From Pseudomonadota bacterium (GTDB taxonomy: Bacteria; Pseudomonadota; Gammaproteobacteria; JAKAQQ01), in NCBI GenBank assembly GCA_027320085.1, contig DAHVLZ010000009.1:224001-288000 (forward strand): a DNA stretch of 64,000 bases, given 5' to 3'. Within the stretch, counting starts at the first letter, position 1. Each line of letters begins with the position of its first letter. Below are positions 1 through 9,377 of this stretch, piece by piece. The translations under genes were made by a program, and so were the position numbers. The notes beneath the pieces are model-generated. The model was given only the letters and a program-made list of their open reading frames with translations, ran no database searches and was not told the DNA's origin.

Positions 1-2
1 AA

Positions 3-410
3 ATTCTCGGCCTGCGCTTCGGCATGGGTCGGAAAGGAGATCTGCGTCAGCTTGCTCACGCCATCGACTAGATGAGCGACATCTGACCCGAAACGGACCT
101 CCAGCTCTGCCCGGGTCACTGGAGTATCCTCAATGACATCATGCAGGACTGCTGCGGCTAGCGTTTTTGCATCGACGTGCAACTCCGCCAGGATAAATGC
201 AACCTGTAGCGGATGGTTGATATAGGCTTCGCCCGACAGCCGTTTCTGGCCGGCATGGGCTTCCTCGCTGTAGAGGTAGGCCTTTTCAAAAAAATCGACT
301 TGGGTTGGCGGCAGGTAGTGGCCGAGCTTGGCCAAAAAAGCTGTCAGACCTTCTGCTTGGCGGTCAGGAACTCCGTGACTCGTCGAGACACGCGCCTCGG
401 GCAGAGTCAC
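3..410 (-). CDS. spoT: Bifunctional (p)ppGpp synthetase/hydrolase SpoT, N-terminal part (runs off left edge; not in ORF track)
   Basis: Manual translation from GTG at 410: ...AHAGQKRLSGEAYINHPLQVA...AAVLHDVIEDT...LVDGVSKL...AQAENF (HD hydrolase domain); directly downstream of rpoZ. Confidence 0.93.
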   Translation of the reverse strand, partial: MTLPEARVSTSHGVPDRQAEGLTAFLAKLGHYLPPTQVDFFEKAYLYSEEAHAGQKRLSGEAYINHPLQVAFILAELHVDAKTLAAAVLHDVIEDTPVTRAELEVRFGSDVAHLVDGVSKLTQISFPTHAEAQAEN

Positions 411-422
411 AGGTACACCGGT

Positions 423-704
423 TCAGAATGCCTCGTCCGCCTCCGGCACCACAAAAGAGTCCGGGAAAGGCGGGGGCTCTTCGGTCAAAGCGGGCTTCGG
501 ACCATCCGGCTGGTTCAGAACTTCTGGTCCGACAAGACCTTCTGCCACTTCACGGAGCGCAATGACGGTTGGTTTGTCATGCTCCTGATCAATCGAGGTG
601 ACCGCCCCGTTCGATAATTGGCGCGCCCTTTTGGCCGCCACTAGAACCAAAGTGAAAAGATTCGGTATCCGCGCCGTGCAATCTTCAACTGTAACCCTTG
701 CCAT
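423..704 (-). CDS. rpoZ: RNA polymerase omega subunit
   Basis: MARVTVEDC...LVLVAAKRARQL...DKPTVIALREVAEG; gmk-rpoZ-spoT synteny. Confidence 0.97.
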   Translation of the reverse strand: MARVTVEDCTARIPNLFTLVLVAAKRARQLSNGAVTSIDQEHDKPTVIALREVAEGLVGPEVLNQPDGPKPALTEEPPPFPDSFVVPEADEAF

Positions 705-749
705 TGAAACCCTTCCGAATAAATAAAATCATCGTGTAGCAGGTCTTGC

Positions 750-779
750 ATTATATCGGAAAATTAGGTGTACTTCCAA
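750..779 (-). promoter_or_regulatory. Putative sigma70 promoter for rpoZ-spoT
   Basis: Minus strand TTGGAA-N18-TATAAT in AT-rich gap, about 45 nt upstream of the rpoZ ATG. Confidence 0.5.
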
Positions 780-908
780 ACATATCCCTCAAGATATCTA
801 ATGGGCTCGTATCCAGGACGCCCTCGGGCAACTGTTCCGTCAAAATTTGTCGAAAGTCTCCGATGATGAAGGTTCCGATGTCATGCCTCCAGTTAAAATC
901 CCGTGGAT

Positions 909-1577
909 TCAGCTCGGTAGTGAGCCCTCCAGCAGATCGGCCACTCTCCGTTCAAGGTCGGGAGGTGGGTGATAGGAGATGCCCCCAAGCTGACCCATAA
1001 TTGCCTGAATCTGGGCGACTGTCCGCTCGACATCATCATTCACGAGAACATAGTTGAAGCTGCGGTAGTTCCGGATCTCCTGCTGGGCCTCGCGCAAGCG
1101 CCGCGCGATCTGGTCCTGACCCTCAGTCTGTCTGCCTCGCAGGCGTCGTTCAAGCTCTTCCCGGGATGGAGGCAACAAAAGAAACGTCTCCACGGCTTGC
1201 GGCAGGTTTCGGCGGACTTGGCAAGCACCGTTCCAGTCAATATCCAAAAGAACCGGGCGTCCTTGTTCCAAGGCCCCGATCACAGGCTGCCGGGGCGTTC
1301 CATAGCAATAGCCGTAGACCTCGGCATATTCCAAAAAATCTCCGCGACTAACCCAAGTCTTGAATTCCTCTGAGGTGAGGAAGAAGTAGTCGATACCGTG
1401 ACGTTCAAGGGGGCGAGTCGGGCGGGTCGTGGCCGAAACAGAAAAGAAGATCCGGTCGCGCCCGCGTTCCAGCAACGCCCGGACGACCGTGGTTTTACCG
1501 GTACCGGACGGAGCACACAAGACAAAAATACCCGGACGCGTTCCCTGCACCCGCGGCCCGTTTTCTCGTTCTACCAT
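909..1577 (-). CDS. gmk: Guanylate kinase
   Basis: APSGTGKTT P-loop, SVSATTR, GIDYFF, YGTP, LDIDWNG; start placed at ATG 1577. Confidence 0.96.
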   Translation of the reverse strand: MVERENGPRVQGTRPGIFVLCAPSGTGKTTVVRALLERGRDRIFFSVSATTRPTRPLERHGIDYFFLTSEEFKTWVSRGDFLEYAEVYGYCYGTPRQPVIGALEQGRPVLLDIDWNGACQVRRNLPQAVETFLLLPPSREELERRLRGRQTEGQDQIARRLREAQQEIRNYRSFNYVLVNDDVERTVAQIQAIMGQLGGISYHPPPDLERRVADLLEGSLPS

Positions 1578-1618
1578 CAACTGACCCGTCCTACCCCAGA
1601 ACCCGCTTCCGGGCAGCT

Positions 1619-1630
1619 CCAGTATACTGG
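1619..1630. promoter_or_regulatory. Palindrome CCAGTATACTGG carrying TATACT on both strands; candidate bidirectional -10 element for gmk/rph
   Basis: Perfect 12-bp palindrome near the middle of the ~100-bp divergent gap. Confidence 0.45.
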
Positions 1631-1681
1631 CGGGCACCTATTCTTTTCTAATGTGCTTCAATCATCCTTCGAGGGGAATCC

Positions 1682-2434
1682 ATGGCCATGCGACCGAGCG
1701 GCCGCAAACCCGATGAGTTGAGACCCGTCCAGCTGATGCGCGGATTCACCCGGCACGCCGAGGGATCGGTGCTCGTATCGTACGGGGATACGCGTGTACT
1801 TTGTACGGCCAGCATCGAGGATCGGGTGCCCGCCTTTCTGCGCGGCAAAAACCGTGGGTGGGTGACCGCCGAATACGCTATGTTGCCCCGCTCCACACAC
1901 ACTCGGCACGAACGTGCCAATCTCCATTCCCGTCCAGACGCGCGAGCTTACGAGATTCAACGTCTGATCGGGCGAGCCCTTCGCGCAGCCGTCGACTTGG
2001 ATGCCCTAGGGGAGCGAACCGTGATTCTTGACTGTGATGTGATCCAGGCGGACGGGAGTACCCGTGTGGCTGCCATCACCGGCGGGTACGTTGCCTTGGT
2101 GGACGCAGTCCAACGCTTGGTACGGGAAAATCGTCTCGCCAGCTCTCCGATCCATGGTGCGGTGGCGGCCGTCTCGGCAGGACTGTACCGGGGAGAAGCG
2201 ATCCTAGACCTCGACTACGCAGAGGATGTCGAAGCGGAAAGTGACCTGAATATCGTCATGAATGAACTCGGCGCGCTGATCGAGATTCAAGGAACAGCCG
2301 AAGGCCACGCGCTTCGCCGCGACGAATTGGACCGCCTCGTGGACCTCGCCGAACGGGGAATTCAGACGCTCATCCGGATTCAGCGTGATTGCCTCTCCGA
2401 AACGCCGGACACCTCTTGTCCTGGCCACTCATAA
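1682..2434 (+). CDS. rph: Ribonuclease PH
   Basis: [63 protein letters not shown]. Confidence 0.97.
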   Translation: MAMRPSGRKPDELRPVQLMRGFTRHAEGSVLVSYGDTRVLCTASIEDRVPAFLRGKNRGWVTAEYAMLPRSTHTRHERANLHSRPDARAYEIQRLIGRALRAAVDLDALGERTVILDCDVIQADGSTRVAAITGGYVALVDAVQRLVRENRLASSPIHGAVAAVSAGLYRGEAILDLDYAEDVEAESDLNIVMNELGALIEIQGTAEGHALRRDELDRLVDLAERGIQTLIRIQRDCLSETPDTSCPGHS

Positions 2435-3026
2435 CGCGGGCAAGCTCCGCGAACTCCATCCTTGGGTCCTATCCCAAGGTCTTGAGCCACACACGCTGGA
2501 CGAGCTTGGGATCCCCATCCCGGAAGAAACCGGCTCAAGCCTTGAAGAAAACGTCCTGATCAAAGCCAAACAAGCACGCAAGCTATGTTCTTTTGCTGTC
2601 CTCGCCGACGATTCAGGACTCGAAGTGGATGCCCTAGAGGGTGGTCCTGGGGTCACGACAGCCGATTACGCAGGTCCCGGTGCCTCTGCCGAGGAGAACA
2701 TCCAGAAACTCCTCACCGCCCTCAACGGGCTGCCTCCAGATTTGAGGTCAGCCCAGTTTCGCTGCGTGCTTGTTCTCTGGCCCCCCGATCGAGCATCCCC
2801 CTTCATGGCCGAGGGGATCTGTCACGGGCGAATTCTCTCCACCCCCCGAGGGCAGAAAGGGTTCGGCTACGATCCCGTGTTCGAAATTCCCGAGCTGGGG
2901 AAAAGCATGGCCGAAATCGATCCCAAACTAAAGGGGGAATACAGCCATCGGGGTAGAGCCCTTATGGCTTTACAAAAACTGCTCGCCAACGCTTGCTGGC
3001 CACCGATAGACGGTGGGCACCCCTAG
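2385..3026 (+). CDS. rdgB: Non-canonical purine NTP pyrophosphatase (RdgB/Ham1)
   Basis: [45 protein letters not shown]. Confidence 0.95.
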   Translation: MIASPKRRTPLVLATHNAGKLRELHPWVLSQGLEPHTLDELGIPIPEETGSSLEENVLIKAKQARKLCSFAVLADDSGLEVDALEGGPGVTTADYAGPGASAEENIQKLLTALNGLPPDLRSAQFRCVLVLWPPDRASPFMAEGICHGRILSTPRGQKGFGYDPVFEIPELGKSMAEIDPKLKGEYSHRGRALMALQKLLANACWPPIDGGHP

Positions 3027-5644
3027 TCTAGGCAGTGCTTCAGGATCTCTCGAACATCCACCGACCGATCAGACTCCCCGACCAGTGCTCTTATCACGGC
3101 GTGCATGCGAGCCCGAACCTCCGGTTGCTTCCAAAGCGCAGGGGTAGAAAATGCCTTTGCGAGCCGTGCCGCAACCTTGGGGTTGTAAGGGTCAATACGG
3201 CGGATTTCCTCGGATAGAAAAAAGTACCCAGAACCCGTGGGATCATGAAAGGCAGAGAGATTGCGTTGCACAAACGCACCGATCAGGGCATAAACGCGAT
3301 TGGGATTACGCCGGTTGAAATCAGGGCTCTCTGCCCGTTCGGCCACCCGTCGGGCTACATCTGGCAAGTGCGAGGTTGCCTCGAGGAGATTGCACTTATC
3401 TAAAACCAGAGGGTGGTTTTCGTATCGGCACCGGAACTCCAAAAACAGCATTTCACGGACTGGTCCGGAGGTATCGTTAACCGCCGCCAGCGATCCGAGA
3501 CGGTCCGTAAGATTATCAGCGCGCTCATAGTGTTCGCGTGCCCAAGAAAGATAAACAGCGGGATTGGACCGGACAAGATAACTCAGAGCAAGCAGTTGTA
3601 AGCGGCGACGGGCGGCGATCTCTACCTCGTAATGGTACGGACCGCCCGATGTGAATTCCGTATAAATTTCCCGCCAGCGGTCGGCTAACGCTTGGGCAAG
3701 CTGGTTCTGTAAAAAATCACGGGCCGCACGGACACCATGAGGATCGAATGGTTTGATCTGCTCACAAAGCCAGGCTTCATCAGGCAGAACACAGAGCTCA
3801 GTTACAAGTCCTGGGTCCCGGGAGACGTCGTTCAGCACCTCGTACCATACGCCGAGAAGGGCATCTGACGAGGGAGGTGGGTTGTCCTGCTTCGGGGCCT
3901 GCACCAAGGACCGCAACACGCGGATTGCTAGTTCTTGCGCAGCATCCCACTGACTGAAACCATCTGGATCCGAGCGCACCCGAAGCAAAAGGTCCGCATC
4001 TGATACCTCACAGTTCAGGATAACTGGCGCCGAAAACCCCCTGAAAACGGAAATCACGGGTGACTCCATCACTTCCTCGAGCACAAACTCCTGGCAGGGT
4101 TCCACAAGATGGAGCACTGCCTCCATGACGGCCGAACGTTCCTTGTTGCATTTGAAACTGAGGGGAACACCAGCTGCCGATAAAAGCCCGATTTTGACCG
4201 GAATCCAGAGTGGTTCATCCGCATGGGGAAGTCGGCCCGGGCGGGATTGGTTCAGCAAGAGATGCAATTGCGAGGTCTTATTGTCATAGCGCCACTGGAG
4301 TTCCACTGTTGGAGTTCCTGCATGATCGAACCAGCGTTGGAGAGGATGCAGCGGTCGTTCTGCAGCATCTTCCATCACGGAATAAAAATCCTCCAGCGTG
4401 ACCGCACAGCCATCGAAACGCTGAAAGTACAAAGCCAGACCGCGTGCGAAAACCGAAGGGCCTAGAACGGTGGAAATCAGCCGTATGACCTCCGCCCCCT
4501 TCTCATAAACCGTAGGAGTATAGAAGTTGTCTATTTCTTCATATGACTCCGGTCGAATCGGATGGGCTAGCGGCCCCGCATCCTCCGGAAATTGAGTCGC
4601 CCGCAAAACCCTTACATCCTGTATGCGGCGCAGGATGGAGATTCCCTGGTTTTCCATAAAGCATTGCTCCCGGTACACTGTAAGCCCTTCCTTGAGCGAA
4701 AGCTGAAACCAATCGCGAAGCGTAATGCGGTTTCCGGTCCAATTGTGGAAATACTCGTGAGCCACAACGGCCAGAATGTTTTCATGGTCTTGGTCTGTTG
4801 CGACTTGCGCATCGGCAAGGACGTATTTGGTATTGAAAATGTTGAGCGACTTGTTTTCCATCGCACCCATGTTGAAGTCGTCGATTGCAACCAGGTGGTA
4901 CTGGGCGAGGTCATACTCGCGTCCGTACTGCTTTTCGTCGAAACGCATAGCTTGGACGAGACACTCCAGGCTAAAATGACCGCGTCCAGCCTGCCCGACC
5001 GGCAAGTGTATAAAAAGCTCGACAGCACGGCCTGATTGGGTCGTAAAGGTCGCGCGCTCAAGATCAAAGCGACCGGCCACTAGGGCAAACAGGTAGGAGG
5101 GCTTTGGAAACGGATCGTCATAGACCGTATAATGCCGCCCCCGTGGAAGCCGTCCTTCGGCTATTCGGTTGCCATTCGAGAGCAGAGTGGGGAACGAGGC
5201 TTTTTCCGCCTCGAGCCGGACCCGGAAGCGCGATTGGATATCTGGCCGATCTAGAAAGTAGCTGATGCGACGGAAACCTTCTGCTTCACACTGGGTGCAC
5301 AGGGCACCCCCTGAAACGTAGAGCCCAGCAAGCGAAGTGTTGGAGCCTGGCGAGAGGCGGACTTGGAGTGCGAGTTCAAACAAATCAGGCACGTCATGCA
5401 GGATGAGATGCACAGGGGTCAGTTCGAGAGTCGTGGGGGGGACCGGCTTGCCATCGATCTCTATGGAAAGCAGTTCAAGCCCCACTCCATCAAGGGTCAA
5501 GGGAGCACGGACCTGATGATCCGTCCGCTCAATCCAGAGCCTGCTCGTCACGAGGGTCTCGGTCGGATCCAAGTCAAAGTGGAGATCCACTTCAGGAATC
5601 CGGAAGGCGGGTGGCTGATAGTCGATGAGTTTGGTTGCGGGCAT
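3023..5644 (-). CDS. pepN: Aminopeptidase N (M1 family)
   Basis: TQCEAEGFRRI, GAMENK, HEYFHNWTGNR...LKEGLT, NFYTPTVYEKGAEV. Confidence 0.97.
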   Translation of the reverse strand: MPATKLIDYQPPAFRIPEVDLHFDLDPTETLVTSRLWIERTDHQVRAPLTLDGVGLELLSIEIDGKPVPPTTLELTPVHLILHDVPDLFELALQVRLSPGSNTSLAGLYVSGGALCTQCEAEGFRRISYFLDRPDIQSRFRVRLEAEKASFPTLLSNGNRIAEGRLPRGRHYTVYDDPFPKPSYLFALVAGRFDLERATFTTQSGRAVELFIHLPVGQAGRGHFSLECLVQAMRFDEKQYGREYDLAQYHLVAIDDFNMGAMENKSLNIFNTKYVLADAQVATDQDHENILAVVAHEYFHNWTGNRITLRDWFQLSLKEGLTVYREQCFMENQGISILRRIQDVRVLRATQFPEDAGPLAHPIRPESYEEIDNFYTPTVYEKGAEVIRLISTVLGPSVFARGLALYFQRFDGCAVTLEDFYSVMEDAAERPLHPLQRWFDHAGTPTVELQWRYDNKTSQLHLLLNQSRPGRLPHADEPLWIPVKIGLLSAAGVPLSFKCNKERSAVMEAVLHLVEPCQEFVLEEVMESPVISVFRGFSAPVILNCEVSDADLLLRVRSDPDGFSQWDAAQELAIRVLRSLVQAPKQDNPPPSSDALLGVWYEVLNDVSRDPGLVTELCVLPDEAWLCEQIKPFDPHGVRAARDFLQNQLAQALADRWREIYTEFTSGGPYHYEVEIAARRRLQLLALSYLVRSNPAVYLSWAREHYERADNLTDRLGSLAAVNDTSGPVREMLFLEFRCRYENHPLVLDKCNLLEATSHLPDVARRVAERAESPDFNRRNPNRVYALIGAFVQRNLSAFHDPTGSGYFFLSEEIRRIDPYNPKVAARLAKAFSTPALWKQPEVRARMHAVIRALVGESDRSVDVREILKHCLD

Positions 5645-5673
5645 TCTTTGTAAAGGCTCCTCGAAACCGCTGC

Positions 5674-5700
5674 ATTATAGGAGCAAGATGTCCATATAAT
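5674..5700. promoter_or_regulatory. Back-to-back divergent -10 hexamers for pepN and hemW
   Basis: ATTATA (TATAAT on minus) at 5674-5679 and TATAAT at 5695-5700 within a 67-bp gap. Confidence 0.55.
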
Positions 5701-5711
5701 GGTCCGAGACG

Positions 5712-7013
5712 ATGGAGCCATATCCACACCCCCGGCAGTCTCCCACGCAGGATCATCCTAGCCTCATGAACCCTCCAACCCGGTCTCCCCAAGCAGCTCA
5801 AGACCGGTCTGTACTGCCCAGTCCTTTTGCTCCTCCATCGGCCCTTGGCCTCTACCTACATCTACCTTGGTGCGTTCGCAAGTGCCCCTACTGCGATTTC
5901 AACTCGTATGCCCGCCGCGGGAACCTTCCGGAGTCACGCTATCTCGATGCCCTGTGTCGAGACTTGGCTCAAAACGCAGAAGGGCTTCAGGACCGGACCG
6001 TGATTTCCATTTTTCTAGGCGGAGGAACACCCAGCCTATTCAGCCCATCTGGCATTCGCCACCTACTCGATCGTGTCCGAGACACATTCCATGTGCCTGC
6101 TGGACTTGAAGTCACGTTGGAAGCCAACCCGGGAACAGCTGAAGCAGGTCGTTTCGCAGGCTATCGGGCCGCGGGAGTCACGCGCCTCTCCCTCGGCATT
6201 CAGAGTTTTTCAGACGTCTCTCTGGCGGCACTTGGGCGCATCCACAACGGCAAAGACGGACAATCCGCCTTCAAAATGGCCCGGTCCGCCGGTTTCGATT
6301 CGATCAATCTTGATCTCATGTACGGCCTTCCCGGCCAGACCCCCGACATGGCATCTCACGACCTCTCACAAGCCTTTAACCTCGAACCCGACCACCTCTC
6401 CTACTACGAACTCACGATCGAGAGCGGAACCGCTTTTGCCCGTAATCCCCCACAGCGTCCCGGAGATGAGGTAATGGAGGAGATCGAAAACATGGCCCAT
6501 GAGCAACTCGCTCGGAATGGTTACCACCGTTATGAGGTTTCCGCTTACGCCCGTCGCCCCGAATCTATTTGCCGTCATAACTTTCTGTACTGGCAATATG
6601 GGGATTATTTGGGTCTCGGTGCGGGTGCCCACAGCAAGCTGTCTCGAAACGGAAGGATCCGTCGATGCGTCCGGGTCCACCACCCTGTGCTCTACATGGA
6701 GTGTTTGGAGCGTGGTTCCTCCCCTGAGCAGGAATGGTGGCCCACCCCCCCCGAAGTGCGTTTCGAGTTCTTCCTGAACGCCTTACGTCTGACCAATGGC
6801 TTTCCTTCAGCGCTCTATAGCCGGCAGACTGGTGAGCCCTTGACGGCCGTATGGGACCTCTTGAAATCTCTTGAGGAACGTGGACTTTTGACAGCGGATT
6901 CATGGGGAATCCGACCCACTCTTCGGGGCTATGCCTTGCTCAACGAAGTGATCGCCCCTTTCCTCCCTGAGACTCATGACATCCACCCCGGCCGGCTCGG
7001 ACCCGCTGCATGA
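5712..7013 (+). CDS. hemW: Radical SAM heme chaperone HemW (HemN-like)
   Basis: LYLHLPWCVRKCPYCDFNS, GGGTPS, EVTLEANP, YEVSAYA, HN..YW..GDYLGLGAGAH; alternative start ATG 5766. Confidence 0.93.
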   Translation: MEPYPHPRQSPTQDHPSLMNPPTRSPQAAQDRSVLPSPFAPPSALGLYLHLPWCVRKCPYCDFNSYARRGNLPESRYLDALCRDLAQNAEGLQDRTVISIFLGGGTPSLFSPSGIRHLLDRVRDTFHVPAGLEVTLEANPGTAEAGRFAGYRAAGVTRLSLGIQSFSDVSLAALGRIHNGKDGQSAFKMARSAGFDSINLDLMYGLPGQTPDMASHDLSQAFNLEPDHLSYYELTIESGTAFARNPPQRPGDEVMEEIENMAHEQLARNGYHRYEVSAYARRPESICRHNFLYWQYGDYLGLGAGAHSKLSRNGRIRRCVRVHHPVLYMECLERGSSPEQEWWPTPPEVRFEFFLNALRLTNGFPSALYSRQTGEPLTAVWDLLKSLEERGLLTADSWGIRPTLRGYALLNEVIAPFLPETHDIHPGRLGPAA

Positions 7014-7067
7014 CCCGGAACCTAGCACCCCGCAAGGGTGCTCGTACCTCGCAGACCTGTCCCGGAA

Positions 7068-7096
7068 TTGCAACACCCTGCCCGCTGGTCTAAAAT
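7068..7096 (+). promoter_or_regulatory. Putative sigma70 promoter for rpmE
   Basis: TTGCAA-N17-TAAAAT ending 34 nt upstream of the ATG. Confidence 0.6.
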
Positions 7097-7130
7097 ACGC
7101 TGGTAAACCAACCGTGACCGAGACCGATCC

Positions 7131-7343
7131 ATGAAGGCGGGCATCCATCCAAAATACGCTGAAGTCACCGTAACCTGCAGTTGCGGTAACCAGTTCCGCA
7201 CCCGCTCGACCCTGGAGCATGATCTACACGTTGAAGTGTGCGCCCAATGCCATCCCTTTTACTCCGGCAAACAAAAACTCGTCGATACGGCCGGGCGGGT
7301 TGACAAATTTAAGCGCAAATATGCGGCTCGCTCGGCAAGCTGA
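7131..7343 (+). CDS. rpmE: 50S ribosomal protein L31 (Zn-binding form)
   Basis: [13 protein letters not shown]...[19 protein letters not shown]. Confidence 0.98.
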   Translation: MKAGIHPKYAEVTVTCSCGNQFRTRSTLEHDLHVEVCAQCHPFYSGKQKLVDTAGRVDKFKRKYAARSAS

Positions 7344-7430
7344 CCCGCACTGACTCCGACGACAGATGCCAATCCCAGGGCAGAAAGCGGTGGCGGCCGT
7401 TGTTCTCCTCTCGTATGGAGTTGAAGTACC

Positions 7431-8729
7431 ATGCCGAATCCCAAGTCCCATGCCCCCGAGACCTGCACGCTGACCTTTCCGGTACGCCAAGGGACAGTCG
7501 GTCCCTCTGTGCTCGATATCAGCAAACTGTATAACGAACACGGATACTTTACCTACGATCCGGGATATGCCGTCACCGCCAGTTGCGAGAGCGCGATCAC
7601 CTATATCGATGGCGAGAAAGGCATCTTGCTTTACCGGGGATATCCCATTGAACAGCTGGCCGAAAAGAGCTCGTTTCTCGAAGTAGCCTACTTGATCCTG
7701 CACGGGGAACTCCCGACGCAGGGTGAACTGGATCGTTTTTCAGATGCGATCTGGCACCATACCCTCATCAATGAATCACTGCTGCGCTTCTTCAATGGCT
7801 TCCACCACGATGCGCACCCGATGGCCATGCTGACCGGGGTCGTGGGCTCGCTCTCCGCTTTTTACCCCGATACTCAGGACTTCCGGGATCCCGTTCGCCA
7901 GACACTCTTTGCCCAGCGGATTATCGCCAAGTTACCGACCATCGCTGCCGCAGCTTACAAGCATTCTGTCGGGCATCCGTTCGTGTATCCCCGTAATGAA
8001 CTGGGTTATGCCAATAATCTGCTTCATATGTTGTTTGCACTCCCGACCGAAGAATACATCGTCAATCCGGTGGCAGCACAGGCCTTAGACCTGCTATTCA
8101 TCCTACATGCAGACCACGAGCAGAACGCCAGTACTTCCACGGTCCGCCTCGCTGGCAGTTCAGGGACGAACCCCTACGCCGCCATCACAGCGGGGATCGG
8201 CTGCCTTTGGGGCCCGGCGCATGGCGGAGCCAACGAAGCCGTCATCAACATGCTGACCGAGATCCAAGATGTCAAAAATATTCCTCGATATGTAGCTCGT
8301 GCGAAGGACAAGGATGACCCCTTCCGTCTCATGGGCTTTGGACACCGGGTTTACAAGAATTACGACCCACGCGCCAAAATCATCCGGAGCATGACGTACA
8401 AGGTCCTTGAAAATCTGGGCCACCGTCCGGACCCCCTGCTAGATCTGGCCATGAAACTCGAGGAAATCGCACTCCGGGATGACTACTTTATCGAGCGCAA
8501 GCTATATCCGAACGTCGACTTCTACTCGGGGATCATCTACCGCGCACTCGGGATTCCTACCAGTATGTTTACTGTGATGTTTGCGATTGCCCGCTCGGTT
8601 GGCTGGGTAGCGCACTGGTGCGAGATGGTCAACGATCCCGAGCAGCGCTTGGGTCGTCCCAGACAGCTCTACATTGGAGCCAGCCGCCGCGACTATGTGG
8701 AACGTGCTCAGCGCTCAGGAAAGTCCTAA
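7431..8729 (+). CDS. gltA: Citrate synthase (type II)
   Basis: [56 protein letters not shown]. Confidence 0.97.
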   Translation: MPNPKSHAPETCTLTFPVRQGTVGPSVLDISKLYNEHGYFTYDPGYAVTASCESAITYIDGEKGILLYRGYPIEQLAEKSSFLEVAYLILHGELPTQGELDRFSDAIWHHTLINESLLRFFNGFHHDAHPMAMLTGVVGSLSAFYPDTQDFRDPVRQTLFAQRIIAKLPTIAAAAYKHSVGHPFVYPRNELGYANNLLHMLFALPTEEYIVNPVAAQALDLLFILHADHEQNASTSTVRLAGSSGTNPYAAITAGIGCLWGPAHGGANEAVINMLTEIQDVKNIPRYVARAKDKDDPFRLMGFGHRVYKNYDPRAKIIRSMTYKVLENLGHRPDPLLDLAMKLEEIALRDDYFIERKLYPNVDFYSGIIYRALGIPTSMFTVMFAIARSVGWVAHWCEMVNDPEQRLGRPRQLYIGASRRDYVERAQRSGKS

Positions 8730-9370
8730 GGTTCAAGGGATGCTTCTTCTGATTCCGGTTGACTAAACAGCAGCTGACTGAGTTCGCGGCGACCAATTCT
8801 CCGCATGGGCCGGCCATCGACCGGCGACAAAGGGGCCTGCCGGATATCGTCCGCCTCAAAAACGGTGAGATGAATTGGTGGGCTTTCCTGTTCCAACCGG
8901 TAAACTGGAAAAACCTCCTCCCCTCCTTTGAAACGCAGGCGCCTTTCTCCCAGCCGGTAATCAATTCCAGCTTCGAGCAGGCGGAATGCAACGGTTTCGG
9001 GCGAATCGGCGAAAACATGGAGATCGACCTCCATCGCACTCGGACCAACCGAACTCAGTGCCCCACCTGCGAGGCGAATCTCGAGTGGCTGCAACAGACT
9101 CATAAAGCGCCAAGCATTTTCCCTCATCTTATGTACCCGAGCTTCCAGTTCCCCGGGAGCATACAGACGTTGGCGCACAGACAACACAGATTCAATCTCT
9201 TGGTTGCTTGGTAGGTGCTGACCATGCTCTTTTTCGCCCAGCCTGAGTGCCGCTTTCCGCTTGGCACTTCCATAATCCGTGATGCCCTCCTCCATGAGAA
9301 TGCGTGCCGCTTCCTCTGCGATACGGGCGCGTCGGGCGGTGGCAGCTCGGAACGATAGCTTGCGTGGCAT
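8726..9370 (-). CDS. Conserved hypothetical protein: N-terminal helical region plus degenerate nucleotidyltransferase-like region
   Basis: [37 protein letters not shown]...EVDLHVFAD; ATG 9370 just after the mrcA stop. Confidence 0.75.
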   Translation of the reverse strand: MPRKLSFRAATARRARIAEEAARILMEEGITDYGSAKRKAALRLGEKEHGQHLPSNQEIESVLSVRQRLYAPGELEARVHKMRENAWRFMSLLQPLEIRLAGGALSSVGPSAMEVDLHVFADSPETVAFRLLEAGIDYRLGERRLRFKGGEEVFPVYRLEQESPPIHLTVFEADDIRQAPLSPVDGRPMRRIGRRELSQLLFSQPESEEASLEP

Positions 9371-9377
9371 CACGCGT

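Noticed and set aside
213-617. Plus-strand ORFs 213-617 and 305-565, and many other short or antisense ORFs in the track
   Set aside because: They are shadows of well-supported genes on the opposite strand or in another frame (here spoT/rpoZ) and have no motifs of their own.
7024-7042. Hairpin AGCACCC-cgcaa-GGGTGCT after hemW
   Set aside because: It has no U-tract, so it cannot be called an intrinsic terminator.
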